In this document: positions 19,858 to 28,955 of the stretch, one piece after another
Position numbering within the stretch: the stretch's first letter is position 1
How the letters are laid out: each line of letters starts with the position of its first letter
Origin: an uncultured Candidatus Rokubacteria bacterium
GTDB lineage: Bacteria; Methylomirabilota; Methylomirabilia; Rokubacteriales; CSP1-6
Assembly (NCBI GenBank): GCA_963789955.1
Contig: CAWBMV010000015.1
Span: 1-64,000 of the forward strand
Direction: 5' to 3'
Length of the DNA stretch: 64,000 bases
The notes under the pieces: model-generated
Told to the model about the DNA's origin: nothing
Databases searched by the model: none
What the model saw: the letters and a program-made list of their open reading frames with translations, nothing else
Translations under genes and position numbers: made by a program

Positions 19858-20886
19858 ATGACAACTAACGGACCGACTCCCGTAAAGATATATCGCGCCG
19901 GGGACGCGCCGCCGGGTGCCCTCGACGGGGAGTCTATTGCGGTGCTCGGGTACGGCAACCTGGGCCGCAGCGCCGCACTCAACCTCCGCGATTCAGGCGT
20001 CAAGGTGCGGGTTGGCAATCGTGACGACGAATACGCCGATCGCGCGCGCGCTGACGGCTTCGAGGTGGTGCCGCTCGCCACTGCGGCCGGCGATGACATC
20101 GTCTTTGTGCTGCTGCCCGACGAAGTGATCCCCGAAGTGTTTTCCCGTGACGTCGCCTCCGAGCTTCGACCTGGAAGCGCCGTCGCCTTCGGCTCAGGCT
20201 ACAGTCTGGCGTTCGGCCTCGTGCGTCCGCCGGAGACGGTCGACGTGCTTCTGATCGCGCCGCGCATGGCCGGCGCCGCGACACGCGCTCGCTACCTGAC
20301 TGGTCAGGGCTTCTGGGCGTGCATCGGCGTCGAGGCCGATCGGAGCGGTCGCGCCCACCGGCGAATGCTCGGACTGGCGGATGCGATGGGCGCCCTTCGC
20401 CCGGCGGCGATCGAGATGACCGCCGTCATGGAGTCCGCGCTCGATCTGTTCGTCGAGCAGACCATCGGGCCGCTCCTGGGCACGGCGATGATCATCGCCT
20501 TCGAGGTCGGCCGCGAGGCAGGGATCCCGCCCGAGGCCCTGGCGATGGAAATGTACATGTCGGGCGAGATGGAGACGGTGTTCGAAGGCTTTCGGACGGC
20601 CGGCTTTTTTCGATCGTCCGAGGATCACGGGCCGACGGCGATCTTCGGAGGGCTCACGCGGGCCATCGAGATCGACCGCGAGGACATCGCCGCGCGGTTC
20701 CGCCGCGTCCTGGAGGACATCAAGAGCGGCGCGTTCGCGCAGCGGTTCCAGGCCGAGGCGCAGACGGGCTACTCGGTGCTCAACATGGCCCAGAGCCTCC
20801 TGCGCGGAAACTCGTCCATCACCGATGCCGAGACTCGGCTCCGGCGCGCGGCGGACCTGCCCGACCCGCCGGCCGATCGGGGATAG
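19858..20886 (+). CDS. ilvC: Ketol-acid reductoisomerase-like protein (divergent IlvC paralogue)
   Basis: IAVLGYGNLG..ALNLRDSG, LLPDE, APRMAG, DLFVEQ, IKSGAFA. Confidence 0.75.
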   Translation: MTTNGPTPVKIYRAGDAPPGALDGESIAVLGYGNLGRSAALNLRDSGVKVRVGNRDDEYADRARADGFEVVPLATAAGDDIVFVLLPDEVIPEVFSRDVASELRPGSAVAFGSGYSLAFGLVRPPETVDVLLIAPRMAGAATRARYLTGQGFWACIGVEADRSGRAHRRMLGLADAMGALRPAAIEMTAVMESALDLFVEQTIGPLLGTAMIIAFEVGREAGIPPEALAMEMYMSGEMETVFEGFRTAGFFRSSEDHGPTAIFGGLTRAIEIDREDIAARFRRVLEDIKSGAFAQRFQAEAQTGYSVLNMAQSLLRGNSSITDAETRLRRAADLPDPPADRG

Positions 20887-20931
20887 CCCAGCGGTCCGTC
20901 GGTCAGCATAGCGGCGACGCCGATCGTGACG

Positions 20932-21972
20932 TCAGCGCCGGGCGGCGGCGCTCGTGGTCGGCGGACAGACTGGTGGCGAGGGCGCGTAGCCGTGGCCGAC
21001 GAACCAGGCTACCGCGTCGCGCAGCGCCTGATCGACCGGCGTCTGAACCAGTCCGAGCTCCTGCACGGCTTTGTCCGCTCTCACGTACATCGGCGTGCGG
21101 GCCATGCGAATGCCACTCAGCGGCACACGCGGCGAGTGCCTGGTGATGTTGGCCAGCCCCTCGCTCGCGAGCCCGATCAGGTGCATCAGAGGATAGGGCA
21201 GGCGCACGCGCGGCGCGCGAATGCCCGTGATGCGCGCGAGCATGTCGAACACCTCCGAGAGGGAGTGGTTCTCGCCGGCGAGGATGTACCTTTCTCCCGC
21301 GCGCCCGCGCAACGCGGCCAGCAGGTGGCCGCGAGCGACATCGGCCACGTGGACGACGTTGAGACCGGTGTCGAGGCTCGCAAGCATGCGGCCGCGGAGA
21401 TAGTCGAGCACCACCTGGCCGGTCGGCGTGGGCTTGACGTCCCACGGGCCGAAGCAGGCGCTCGGGTTGACGATGACGACCGGCAGCCCACGGGCCGCAA
21501 ACTCTTGGGCCACGCTCTCGGCGAGGAACTTCGAGCGCGCGTAGGGACCGATCATGTCCGCGATGTTCACGGAGCTGGTCTCGGTGCGTGGTCCGCCGCC
21601 CTCGGGGCGGCCGAGCGTGGCGACGCTCGAAGTGTGGACGACGCGCTCGACGCGGGCTCGCATGCACGCGTCGAGCACGGTGCGTGTGCCGTCCACGTTG
21701 GTGCGATAGATGTCGCGCTGATCAGCGGCCCAGAGCCGGTAGTCGCCGGCCACATGGAATACCATCGCGCACCCGGCGACCGCGTCGGCCACGGCGTCGG
21801 GCTCGAGTACGTCGCCGTACCGCACCTCGACCGGACAGCCCTCGAGTGCGTTCAGGCGACTGGACGGGCGGACCAGGACCCGAACGCGGTGGCCTTCACT
21901 GACGAGGAGGCGAGCGACATTGGCGCCGACGAAACCGGTGGCGCCGGTAACCAGAACATCCAGGATGGGCAG
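20932..21972 (-). CDS. NAD-dependent epimerase/dehydratase, HpnA/dihydroflavonol reductase-like; start uncertain
   Basis: VTGATGFVG, FHVAGDYRLW, NVDGT, YARSK, GPWDVKPTPTG. Confidence 0.85.
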   Translation of the reverse strand: MPILDVLVTGATGFVGANVARLLVSEGHRVRVLVRPSSRLNALEGCPVEVRYGDVLEPDAVADAVAGCAMVFHVAGDYRLWAADQRDIYRTNVDGTRTVLDACMRARVERVVHTSSVATLGRPEGGGPRTETSSVNIADMIGPYARSKFLAESVAQEFAARGLPVVIVNPSACFGPWDVKPTPTGQVVLDYLRGRMLASLDTGLNVVHVADVARGHLLAALRGRAGERYILAGENHSLSEVFDMLARITGIRAPRVRLPYPLMHLIGLASEGLANITRHSPRVPLSGIRMARTPMYVRADKAVQELGLVQTPVDQALRDAVAWFVGHGYAPSPPVCPPTTSAAARR

Positions 21973-23797
21973 CGCTATCTCCCGAGGATTCCGCGCTCTC
22001 TCTGGTCGCGCATGAGCTCGCCGTACTCCGAGCCGCATCGCTCCCGACCGGTAGCTCGACCACGGCGGCGGCGCTGTTTCCGGTGGGCTGCACCATCAGC
22101 CGGCGCGTGTGGAAGGGGCGTAGTGTCGCCCGATGGCCGATGCTGAATAGCGTGGTCTCCGGTAGCCGCTCGCGCACGAGCTGGTAGAGACGCGATTCCG
22201 TCCCCTCGTCCACCGCCGAGGTCGCCTCGTCGAGGAAGAGCCACTCGGGCTTCTGCACCAGGGCGCGCGCAAAGGCGATGCGCTGCTGCTCGCCGGGGGA
22301 GAGCTGCTGCGCCCAGTGGGCATCCTCGTCGAGGCGCCCGGTGAGCTGCGGGAGGCCTACCGCCTCGAGCGCCTCGCGCAGAGTTCCGTCGGCCACCCCG
22401 TCGGCCGGCATCGGATAGCTCACGACGTCGCGGAGCTTGCCGATCGGCAGGTACGGCCGCTGCGGCAGAAACAGGATCCGGGCGTCTCTCGCCGCGCGGA
22501 TCTCGCCGCGCCCGAACGGCCAGATGCCGGCGATGGCACGGATGAGCGTGCTCTTGCCCGAGCCCGACGCGCCGCTGAGGAGGACGGAGTCGCCGCGCCT
22601 GAGCGAGAAGTTGATGTTCGCCATGAGCGGCTGGCCGTCGGGCCGATAGAGATCGACACCCGCCACGCTCAGGTGTGAGGCGCGCCCCTCGACGCGCCGA
22701 AGGCCGGTGCCCGCCTGTCGGTGCATCGCGTCGAGTGTGCGCTCGAAGCCGGCGAGCCGTTCGACCACCGCGCACCACGCCGCGATCTCCTTGTACGACT
22801 GCACGAAGAAGCTGAGCGCGTCCTGGACCTGCTGGAAGGCCTGGCTCGTCTGCATGAGCCCGCCGAGCCCGAGCTCGCCTCGGAAGTAGCGCGGCGCCGC
22901 GACGATGGACGGCACGATCCACGCGCCGAGCCCATAGCCCGAGGTGAAGTAGGTCATGCGCTTTTGCCGGAGCATGATGCCCCACCAGTTGCGCACCACG
23001 TCCTCGAATCGTGCGCGAAAGCCCCGGAACTCGTCCGCCTCGCCCCGGTAGAGCGCCACGCCCTCGGTGTTCTCGCGGAAGCGGACGAGGCTGAACCGAA
23101 AGTCGGCCTCGTATCGCTGCCGGTCGAAGTTCAGACGGACCAGTGGACGGCCGAGCCAGTCGGTCACCCACGTGCCGAGGATCGCGTACAGAACGGCCAC
23201 CCACACCATGTAGCCGGGCAGGTGAATCGTGAAGCCGCCGACCGGGACGACGAGGGATCCAGAGAGCCCCCAGAGGATCGCCACGAAGGTGACCAACGTG
23301 ACGATCGCGCGCAGGCCGCCGGTGAATAGGCCGAGCGTGTGGGAGGCGAGCAGCTGCACGTCTTCCGCGATGCGCTGGTCGGGGTTATCGGTCTCGCTCG
23401 CCTGCAGCTGCATGCGATAGTAGGCGCCGTCGGACAGCCAGGCGCGGAGGTAGCGATCGGTCAACCAGCGGCGCCAGCGGATCTCGAGCATCTGGTTGAG
23501 ATAGACCTGGTACACGGCGAGGAAGATGAAAATCGTGATCAGCCACGTGACGCGGAAGAGCTGGCCGCGAAAGGCGGCCATGTTCTTGTCCTGCAGCGCG
23601 CTATAGAATGCGTTGTTCCACTGATTCAAGAGAACGGTGAGGTACACCATGCCGAGCGTGAGGAGCACGACACCGAGCAGCAGTCCTCGTGCCGCCCAGC
23701 GATCGTCCGAGAACCAGTACGGGCGGATCATCGCCCAGGCACGGGGAAGCGTTTGCCGTAGATTCGTCTTAGGGGGATTCCCCGGGTATCTATCCAC
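21896..23797 (-). CDS. Fused ABC permease/ATPase of the YddA / BacA-like (Rv1819c, BclA; ABCD) family; true stop may be near 21975
   Basis: WNNAFY, DNPDQRI, RYEADFR, GASGSGKST, FLPQRPY, LSPGEQQR, LDEATSA. Confidence 0.9.
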   Translation of the reverse strand: MDRYPGNPPKTNLRQTLPRAWAMIRPYWFSDDRWAARGLLLGVVLLTLGMVYLTVLLNQWNNAFYSALQDKNMAAFRGQLFRVTWLITIFIFLAVYQVYLNQMLEIRWRRWLTDRYLRAWLSDGAYYRMQLQASETDNPDQRIAEDVQLLASHTLGLFTGGLRAIVTLVTFVAILWGLSGSLVVPVGGFTIHLPGYMVWVAVLYAILGTWVTDWLGRPLVRLNFDRQRYEADFRFSLVRFRENTEGVALYRGEADEFRGFRARFEDVVRNWWGIMLRQKRMTYFTSGYGLGAWIVPSIVAAPRYFRGELGLGGLMQTSQAFQQVQDALSFFVQSYKEIAAWCAVVERLAGFERTLDAMHRQAGTGLRRVEGRASHLSVAGVDLYRPDGQPLMANINFSLRRGDSVLLSGASGSGKSTLIRAIAGIWPFGRGEIRAARDARILFLPQRPYLPIGKLRDVVSYPMPADGVADGTLREALEAVGLPQLTGRLDEDAHWAQQLSPGEQQRIAFARALVQKPEWLFLDEATSAVDEGTESRLYQLVRERLPETTLFSIGHRATLRPFHTRRLMVQPTGNSAAAVVELPVGSDAARSTASSCATRESAESSGDSAAHPGCSGYRRHRFRRRQCRSPPRQ

Positions 23798-23983
23798 GAG
23801 GCGCCAGCGGAGACTTTGTGTGTGACATCAACGATGGGCGGCGGTCGCCGGCGAGGCGCAGCGCCGTGTCAGAAGCACGCTACAGCGGTTTCGGGGCGGT
23901 GGCGAGCCATCGAAGGCGTCGCTTGAACCACCCTGCAATAATGATCCATAGTGGGGGGCCACGTGTTGATTTTATGGGACGCG

Positions 23984-24769
23984 ATGCTCGGACGCACTCG
24001 GAGTAGGCCCACCCAGACTGTTGTATCAGGTCTTTACCTGATCGGTGTGCTGATGCTCGTCGGTTGCGCGAGCCACTCGCTGATGCCGGCCGCGCAGTCG
24101 GAGGCCATCAGGGACCGAGAGCGAGCCCTCGCCTCCAGAACCGACGCCATCCAGACCGCGGTGAGACAGTCGGGCAAGGTGGGCGCCCTGGCTTTTCTCG
24201 ACACCAAGGATGGGCATCTGGTCGTCCTGCCGGGCGACAGTCCGGCCGATGCCTGGGCGCGGCATGCCACGTCGTCGGAGAGCGAGACGAATCCCGTCTC
24301 GGTGCCGGCAGTGGTCACGTTCGTCTACCGGGCGGACATACCCAAGGCGCCCGAGGCCGTCACCGTGGACGCTCTGCAGCAGCAGCAGACGCAGCGGACC
24401 TCCGTCGCCGCGCTGGCGATCGAGCTCGGGCGTCTCGAGGAGAAGCTGGGCGTCCTGCAGCGCGACCTCGTCGCCACCAAGCAGGACACGGACAAGGCGG
24501 TGACCGACATGCGCGCCCTCGCCGAGGATCTGGCGGCGGCCCGCAAGTTCATGTTGCAGACGGCCCAGCTCGGCTGGCTCAATCAGGAAGTGGTTCAAGA
24601 GAACGCGAACGGCATCCGGAGGATGACGACGGCCACCCAGGAGCTCACCGCCAGCTCCGCGAAGCTCGAGGAGACCGTGCGCCAGCTTTCCGAGGGCCTT
24701 GCCGGCCAGCTCAAGGAGCTGGCGGGTCGGCTCGATGCCATTCAGAACAAGATCCAGAACATCAAGTGA
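23984..24769 (+). CDS. Hypothetical lipoprotein with long coiled coil
   Basis: Lipobox LVGC; C-terminal half is a heptad repeat. Confidence 0.7.
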   Translation: MLGRTRSRPTQTVVSGLYLIGVLMLVGCASHSLMPAAQSEAIRDRERALASRTDAIQTAVRQSGKVGALAFLDTKDGHLVVLPGDSPADAWARHATSSESETNPVSVPAVVTFVYRADIPKAPEAVTVDALQQQQTQRTSVAALAIELGRLEEKLGVLQRDLVATKQDTDKAVTDMRALAEDLAAARKFMLQTAQLGWLNQEVVQENANGIRRMTTATQELTASSAKLEETVRQLSEGLAGQLKELAGRLDAIQNKIQNIK

Positions 24770-24777
24770 GACTGGAG

Positions 24778-25432
24778 ATGCATCACGGCGGGCCCGCGGA
24801 GCGATGCCTCCTCACGCTGATGGGCGCCTTTGCTGCTGCCGCTGCTCGTCGCCTCCGGCGCCGTGGCCGGCGAGTGGGAGACGGTTCGGGGCAACTACGA
24901 GAACGCGCTCAAGGCCAACGAGAAGCGGATCCAGGAGATCGAGGCGAAGGAGCGCGGGATCTCCGATCCGCAGCAGCGCGCGGAGAAGATCACGCGCGAC
25001 AAGATCGCGGCGGCTCGTGCCGCCCTGAAGGGCGGCGGAACCGGGAAGAGCCTGGCCGAGGCTGCTGAGAAGGTCTCTGGTGATCCGAAAGCCCTGGCCG
25101 ACCTGTCCAGAGAACAGAGCAAGTACCTCGACGCGGCGACCAGCGACTGGGGCGCCGAGGGCCCCGAGCGGAAACGGCTGCGGGACGCCACCGCGGCCAC
25201 GCAGAAGAACATCGAGCGCGTGAATGCGAGCCTGACCCGGGCGGCCAAGTCGGTCGCGAGCCTGCAGGCGTCGGACTCGCTCGAGACAGCGGCGCGGATC
25301 GAGGCGGCGGTGAACGAGGCCGGCGATCGGCTGAGAGCTCGGTGGCAGCTCGAGCAGGCCGCGCGAGAGCGCGAGACCAAGCAGCGAGAGCGCGAAGCGG
25401 CCGAGCGCGCGCGCGGCACGGGCTCGAAGTAG
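24778..25432 (+). CDS. Hypothetical exported all-helical/coiled-coil protein; frameshift in signal peptide
   Basis: GGAG RBS and ATG at 24778; hydrophobic LLLPLLVASGAVA then charged helical sequence. Confidence 0.65.
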
Positions 25433-25454
25433 TCCCTCGTCGGGACCGGAACGA

Positions 25455-27341
25455 CTACAGGTCGAGCTGGCCGCTGACGACCCGGGCGTAGTAGCCCTGC
25501 GCGGCGAGAAGGTCGTCGGGGGTGCCCATCTCGGTCAGACGCCCGTTCTCCACGACCAGGATCTTGTCGACGCGCCGGATGGTCGTGAGCCGGTGGGCGA
25601 CGATCAACGTCGTGCGCCCGCGCATCAGCGCGAACAGGCTGGCCACGACCTGAGCCTCGCTCTCGACGTCGAGCGCGCTGGTCGGTTCGTCCATCAGCAA
25701 GATCGGCGCGTCCTTCAGGAACGCGCGGGCCAGGTTGATCCGCTGCTTCTCACCCACGCTCAAGAGCGCGCCGCCGTCGCCGACGACCGTCTCGTATTGC
25801 TGGGGCAGCTTCTCGATGAACGCGCTCGCGTTGGCGTAGTGCGCGGCCGCCTCGATCTCCGCCTTGGTCGCGTGCGGCTTGCCGTAGGCGATGTTCTCGG
25901 CCACGGTGGTGGGCAGAACGATCGGATTCTGCAGGACGAGACCGATCTGAGCCCGGAGATCTTCGAGGCGCAGGTCGCGCAGATCCACACCCTCCAGTAG
26001 CACCGCGCCGCTTTTCGGGTCGAAGAACCGCGGCAGCAGGTTCAAGAGCGTCGTCTTGCCGGCGCCGCTCGGCCCGATGATGGCGGCCGACGTCCCCGCC
26101 AGGAGCTTGAAGCTCACGTGGCGGAGCGCCGGCCGCGACGGGTTGTAGTCGAAGGAGATGTCGTCGTAGGCGACGTTGCCGTAGATCTGTAGCGGCCGAC
26201 CCGACGGCGCCGCGGGAACCCCGCGGGCGGCGAACATGTCGTCGGCCGACGTGGGCAATCCAGCCTGGCTGTCGGCGTCCCGTCCCCGGCGCACCGGACG
26301 CGCTTGCGGCCGGTCCTTCACCTCTTCGGGCGTGTCGAGGATCTCGAACACCCGCCGCGTGCTGGCGCTCGCGCTCGACAAGGTCGCGCCCACCTGCGAG
26401 AGCTGGTGGAGAGGGTCGAAGAGCTGGGCGACGTACGCGAGGAAGACCAGCAGCTCACCCAGGGTCAGGTTCGCCGCCAGGACCTGGTGCGCGCCCACCC
26501 ACGTCACGCCGAGCGTGCACGCGGCCAGGATTACCGAGATCGAGCACCAGTAGAAGACTTCCAGGCCCTGCTGCGCCATCTTCTGCTGGCGCGCCTGCTC
26601 GGTTTGAGCGGTGAAGCGCCGCTGCTCGTGATGCTCGCGCGCGTGGCTCTGGATCAGCGGCAGTGCGGTGATTCCCTGATGGATGAGTGAGTAGACCTTG
26701 CTCTCCGCTCGCTGAGCGGCCATCGCCCGCGTGCGCATCGCCCCGCCGAAGACCTTGAGCGACACGAGGAGGACCGGCACGGCGACCAGCGCAACGGCGG
26801 TCAGATACAGGTTCAACCGGGCCATCATGATCGCCATGAACAGCAGGGTGCCGGCGGCGCTGACAACGATCAGCAATCCTTGCTGGAACAGGGTCTGAAA
26901 GGCGACGGTATCGGTCCCGGCCCGGAAGATGACGTCCCCGGCCTCGGTGCCGTGGTGATAGCGCAGCGACAGGCGTTGGAGCCAGCCGAAGACGTCGTCG
27001 CGCACTCGCCGCAAGCCGCGAAGTCCCACGCCGATCGTGATGTAGACGTGTCCGGCGCTGACGGCGGAGTGGGTCAGATGGAGCGCGAGCGACACCGCGA
27101 TGATCGCGGTGATCTGCGCCGGCTGTCCCCATTCGCGCAGCTGGCTGGGCAGCCAGACGGGGAACGGCTTGCTGCCGAGGACGCTGTCGACGAGGACGGC
27201 AAGTGGCCAAGGCTTGAGCAGGTTGATGCCGATGCCGGCCATCAGGAGACTCATTGAAAGACCGATTCGCCCGGCATCAGGCCGGAAGTAGCCGAGCGCC
27301 CGCGCCAGCAGGCGGAGGCGTGCGACGGACGAGAAGGTCAT
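25455..27341 (-). CDS. Fused ABC exporter (MsbA/ABCB-like)
   Basis: N-terminal transmembrane domain; GPSGAGKTT, LSVGEKQR, MDEPTSALD, AHRL. Confidence 0.92.
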   Translation of the reverse strand: MTFSSVARLRLLARALGYFRPDAGRIGLSMSLLMAGIGINLLKPWPLAVLVDSVLGSKPFPVWLPSQLREWGQPAQITAIIAVSLALHLTHSAVSAGHVYITIGVGLRGLRRVRDDVFGWLQRLSLRYHHGTEAGDVIFRAGTDTVAFQTLFQQGLLIVVSAAGTLLFMAIMMARLNLYLTAVALVAVPVLLVSLKVFGGAMRTRAMAAQRAESKVYSLIHQGITALPLIQSHAREHHEQRRFTAQTEQARQQKMAQQGLEVFYWCSISVILAACTLGVTWVGAHQVLAANLTLGELLVFLAYVAQLFDPLHQLSQVGATLSSASASTRRVFEILDTPEEVKDRPQARPVRRGRDADSQAGLPTSADDMFAARGVPAAPSGRPLQIYGNVAYDDISFDYNPSRPALRHVSFKLLAGTSAAIIGPSGAGKTTLLNLLPRFFDPKSGAVLLEGVDLRDLRLEDLRAQIGLVLQNPIVLPTTVAENIAYGKPHATKAEIEAAAHYANASAFIEKLPQQYETVVGDGGALLSVGEKQRINLARAFLKDAPILLMDEPTSALDVESEAQVVASLFALMRGRTTLIVAHRLTTIRRVDKILVVENGRLTEMGTPDDLLAAQGYYARVVSGQLDL

Positions 27342-27522
27342 ACCGGATCCACGGTAACACGCGAGAACATCGAGTGCAGCCGAGGCGTAAGCCGGCGGCC
27401 TGAGCGCGTCGCGCGAGTTCGATTTCCGGAACGACGGGTGCGCAACGGGCTTGACTTCTCCGCCGACGTGAACGAAAAGAGGTGACTATTTCTCTTGTGA
27501 AGGCCGAGGAGGGAGCAGGCCG

Positions 27523-27921
27523 ATGAAGATACGCACGATTGCGATGCTCGGCGCACTGGGGCTGGCGGGGTGCGCCTCCGGTCCGCACGACTGGACGAAG
27601 CCGGGCGCGACCAGCGAGTCGTTCCTCACCGACCACACGCCGTGCTTCAAGGACGCCACGATCGGCTACGGGATCGGGTCGGAGAAGGCCTACAAGGCCT
27701 GCATGCTCCAGAAAGGCTGGACGCGCATCCAGGGCTACGCGAACGAGCCCCCCACGCAACCCCACCTCCGCGGTCCCGAGGGTGACGACGAGTTCACGAC
27801 GGCCTCGCCGGACGACCTCATGCAGCGGACCTTGACGGAACAGAGCTCGCCGCGGACGACGCGAGACCCGCGCTGCGAGCAATCCCGCAACGCGCGCGCC
27901 CCCGGCACCGTCTGTCGGTAG
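27523..27921 (+). CDS. Small Cys-containing lipoprotein
   Basis: GGAG RBS; lipobox LAGC; WTKPG, YKACMLQKGW. Confidence 0.75.
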   Translation: MKIRTIAMLGALGLAGCASGPHDWTKPGATSESFLTDHTPCFKDATIGYGIGSEKAYKACMLQKGWTRIQGYANEPPTQPHLRGPEGDDEFTTASPDDLMQRTLTEQSSPRTTRDPRCEQSRNARAPGTVCR

Positions 27922-27941
27922 AGGTCTGCGCCGAAGTCCTC

Positions 27942-28940
27942 ATGCGTCGGATCGCGTTCGCGGTCGTGCTCGGGCTCGCGGCTCTGGCTCCGCTCGTCGC
28001 CGAGGCGCAGCCGACGTGGGATCGGCAGGCGGTCTACGCGACGCGAGAGGCGCAGCTGAAGAAGACGATCGACGCCAGACCGGCGGATGCCCAGCCTCTC
28101 GTCGACCTGGCGGCGTTTTACCTCAAGCCGGTGGCGCCGCGCGATGTCGAAGCGGCCGACGGCGTGCGGCGCCGCGTGATGGTGCCGCTGCGCAACGAGT
28201 GGGTCGTCGAGGGCATCAAGGAGATCTACGCGGTGCCGTGGGTATTTCGCGGCGACCCGGACCTGGCCAGGCCGCTGCTCAGGCGGGCGCTCGAGATCAA
28301 TCCCAAGCATTCGCAGGCGATCCGCGAGTCGGCGATGCTCCTGCGGATGAAGAGCAACCTCGACGGGATGCGCCCGTACATGGAAGCGGCGCTCGGGCGC
28401 GATCCGCTGGATCTGGACATGTGCCGCCTCTACCTCGACCACCGCACCGCGGCGGCGCGGGTGCTCAACGATCAGGCCGTAGATCTCCGCACGCCGCGAA
28501 GCTGGGAGGAGCAGCGCGCCGACGGCCGCTATCGCGTGACGCGCAACCCGAGCTCGGCGGACTATGCGCGAGCGAACGAGCTGGACAAGCAAGCGCAAGG
28601 CGCGCGCCGGGAGGCCATCAAGCCGCTGGAGAACCTCGCGCGCGTTCTGAAGAACGACCCGCAACGCGAGGCCGATCCGGCGAAGAAATCGAAATGGAAC
28701 CTGGCCACCGCGGTGTACCACCACTGGCTCGGCGAGCTCGAGCAGGCGGCGGGCTCGGCGGGTGCCGCGCTGCGGGCGGATCCGACGAGCCTCGACGCGC
28801 TGGACTTCCTGGTCGACATCTTGCGCGGCACGCACACCAAGGACAAGCTGGCGACCTACAAGACCATCCTCGACCGGTGGGCCGGCGCCGACACCACGCC
28901 GATCGCGCTCAAGCCTCGAACGATGGGGCCGAAGCGCTAA
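27942..28940 (+). CDS. Exported TPR-like helical repeat protein
   Basis: Signal peptide (AEA cleavage); RRALEINPKH, AALGRDPLD, ALRADPTS TPR-like turns. Confidence 0.7.
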   Translation: MRRIAFAVVLGLAALAPLVAEAQPTWDRQAVYATREAQLKKTIDARPADAQPLVDLAAFYLKPVAPRDVEAADGVRRRVMVPLRNEWVVEGIKEIYAVPWVFRGDPDLARPLLRRALEINPKHSQAIRESAMLLRMKSNLDGMRPYMEAALGRDPLDLDMCRLYLDHRTAAARVLNDQAVDLRTPRSWEEQRADGRYRVTRNPSSADYARANELDKQAQGARREAIKPLENLARVLKNDPQREADPAKKSKWNLATAVYHHWLGELEQAAGSAGAALRADPTSLDALDFLVDILRGTHTKDKLATYKTILDRWAGADTTPIALKPRTMGPKR

Positions 28941-28955
28941 CCGTTTGGGGGTGCG

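Noticed and set aside
23800..23950. Possible cobalamin riboswitch before the BacA/YddA-like transporter
   Set aside because: Only a loose GCCCCG...CTGTA similarity; other conserved boxes are missing.
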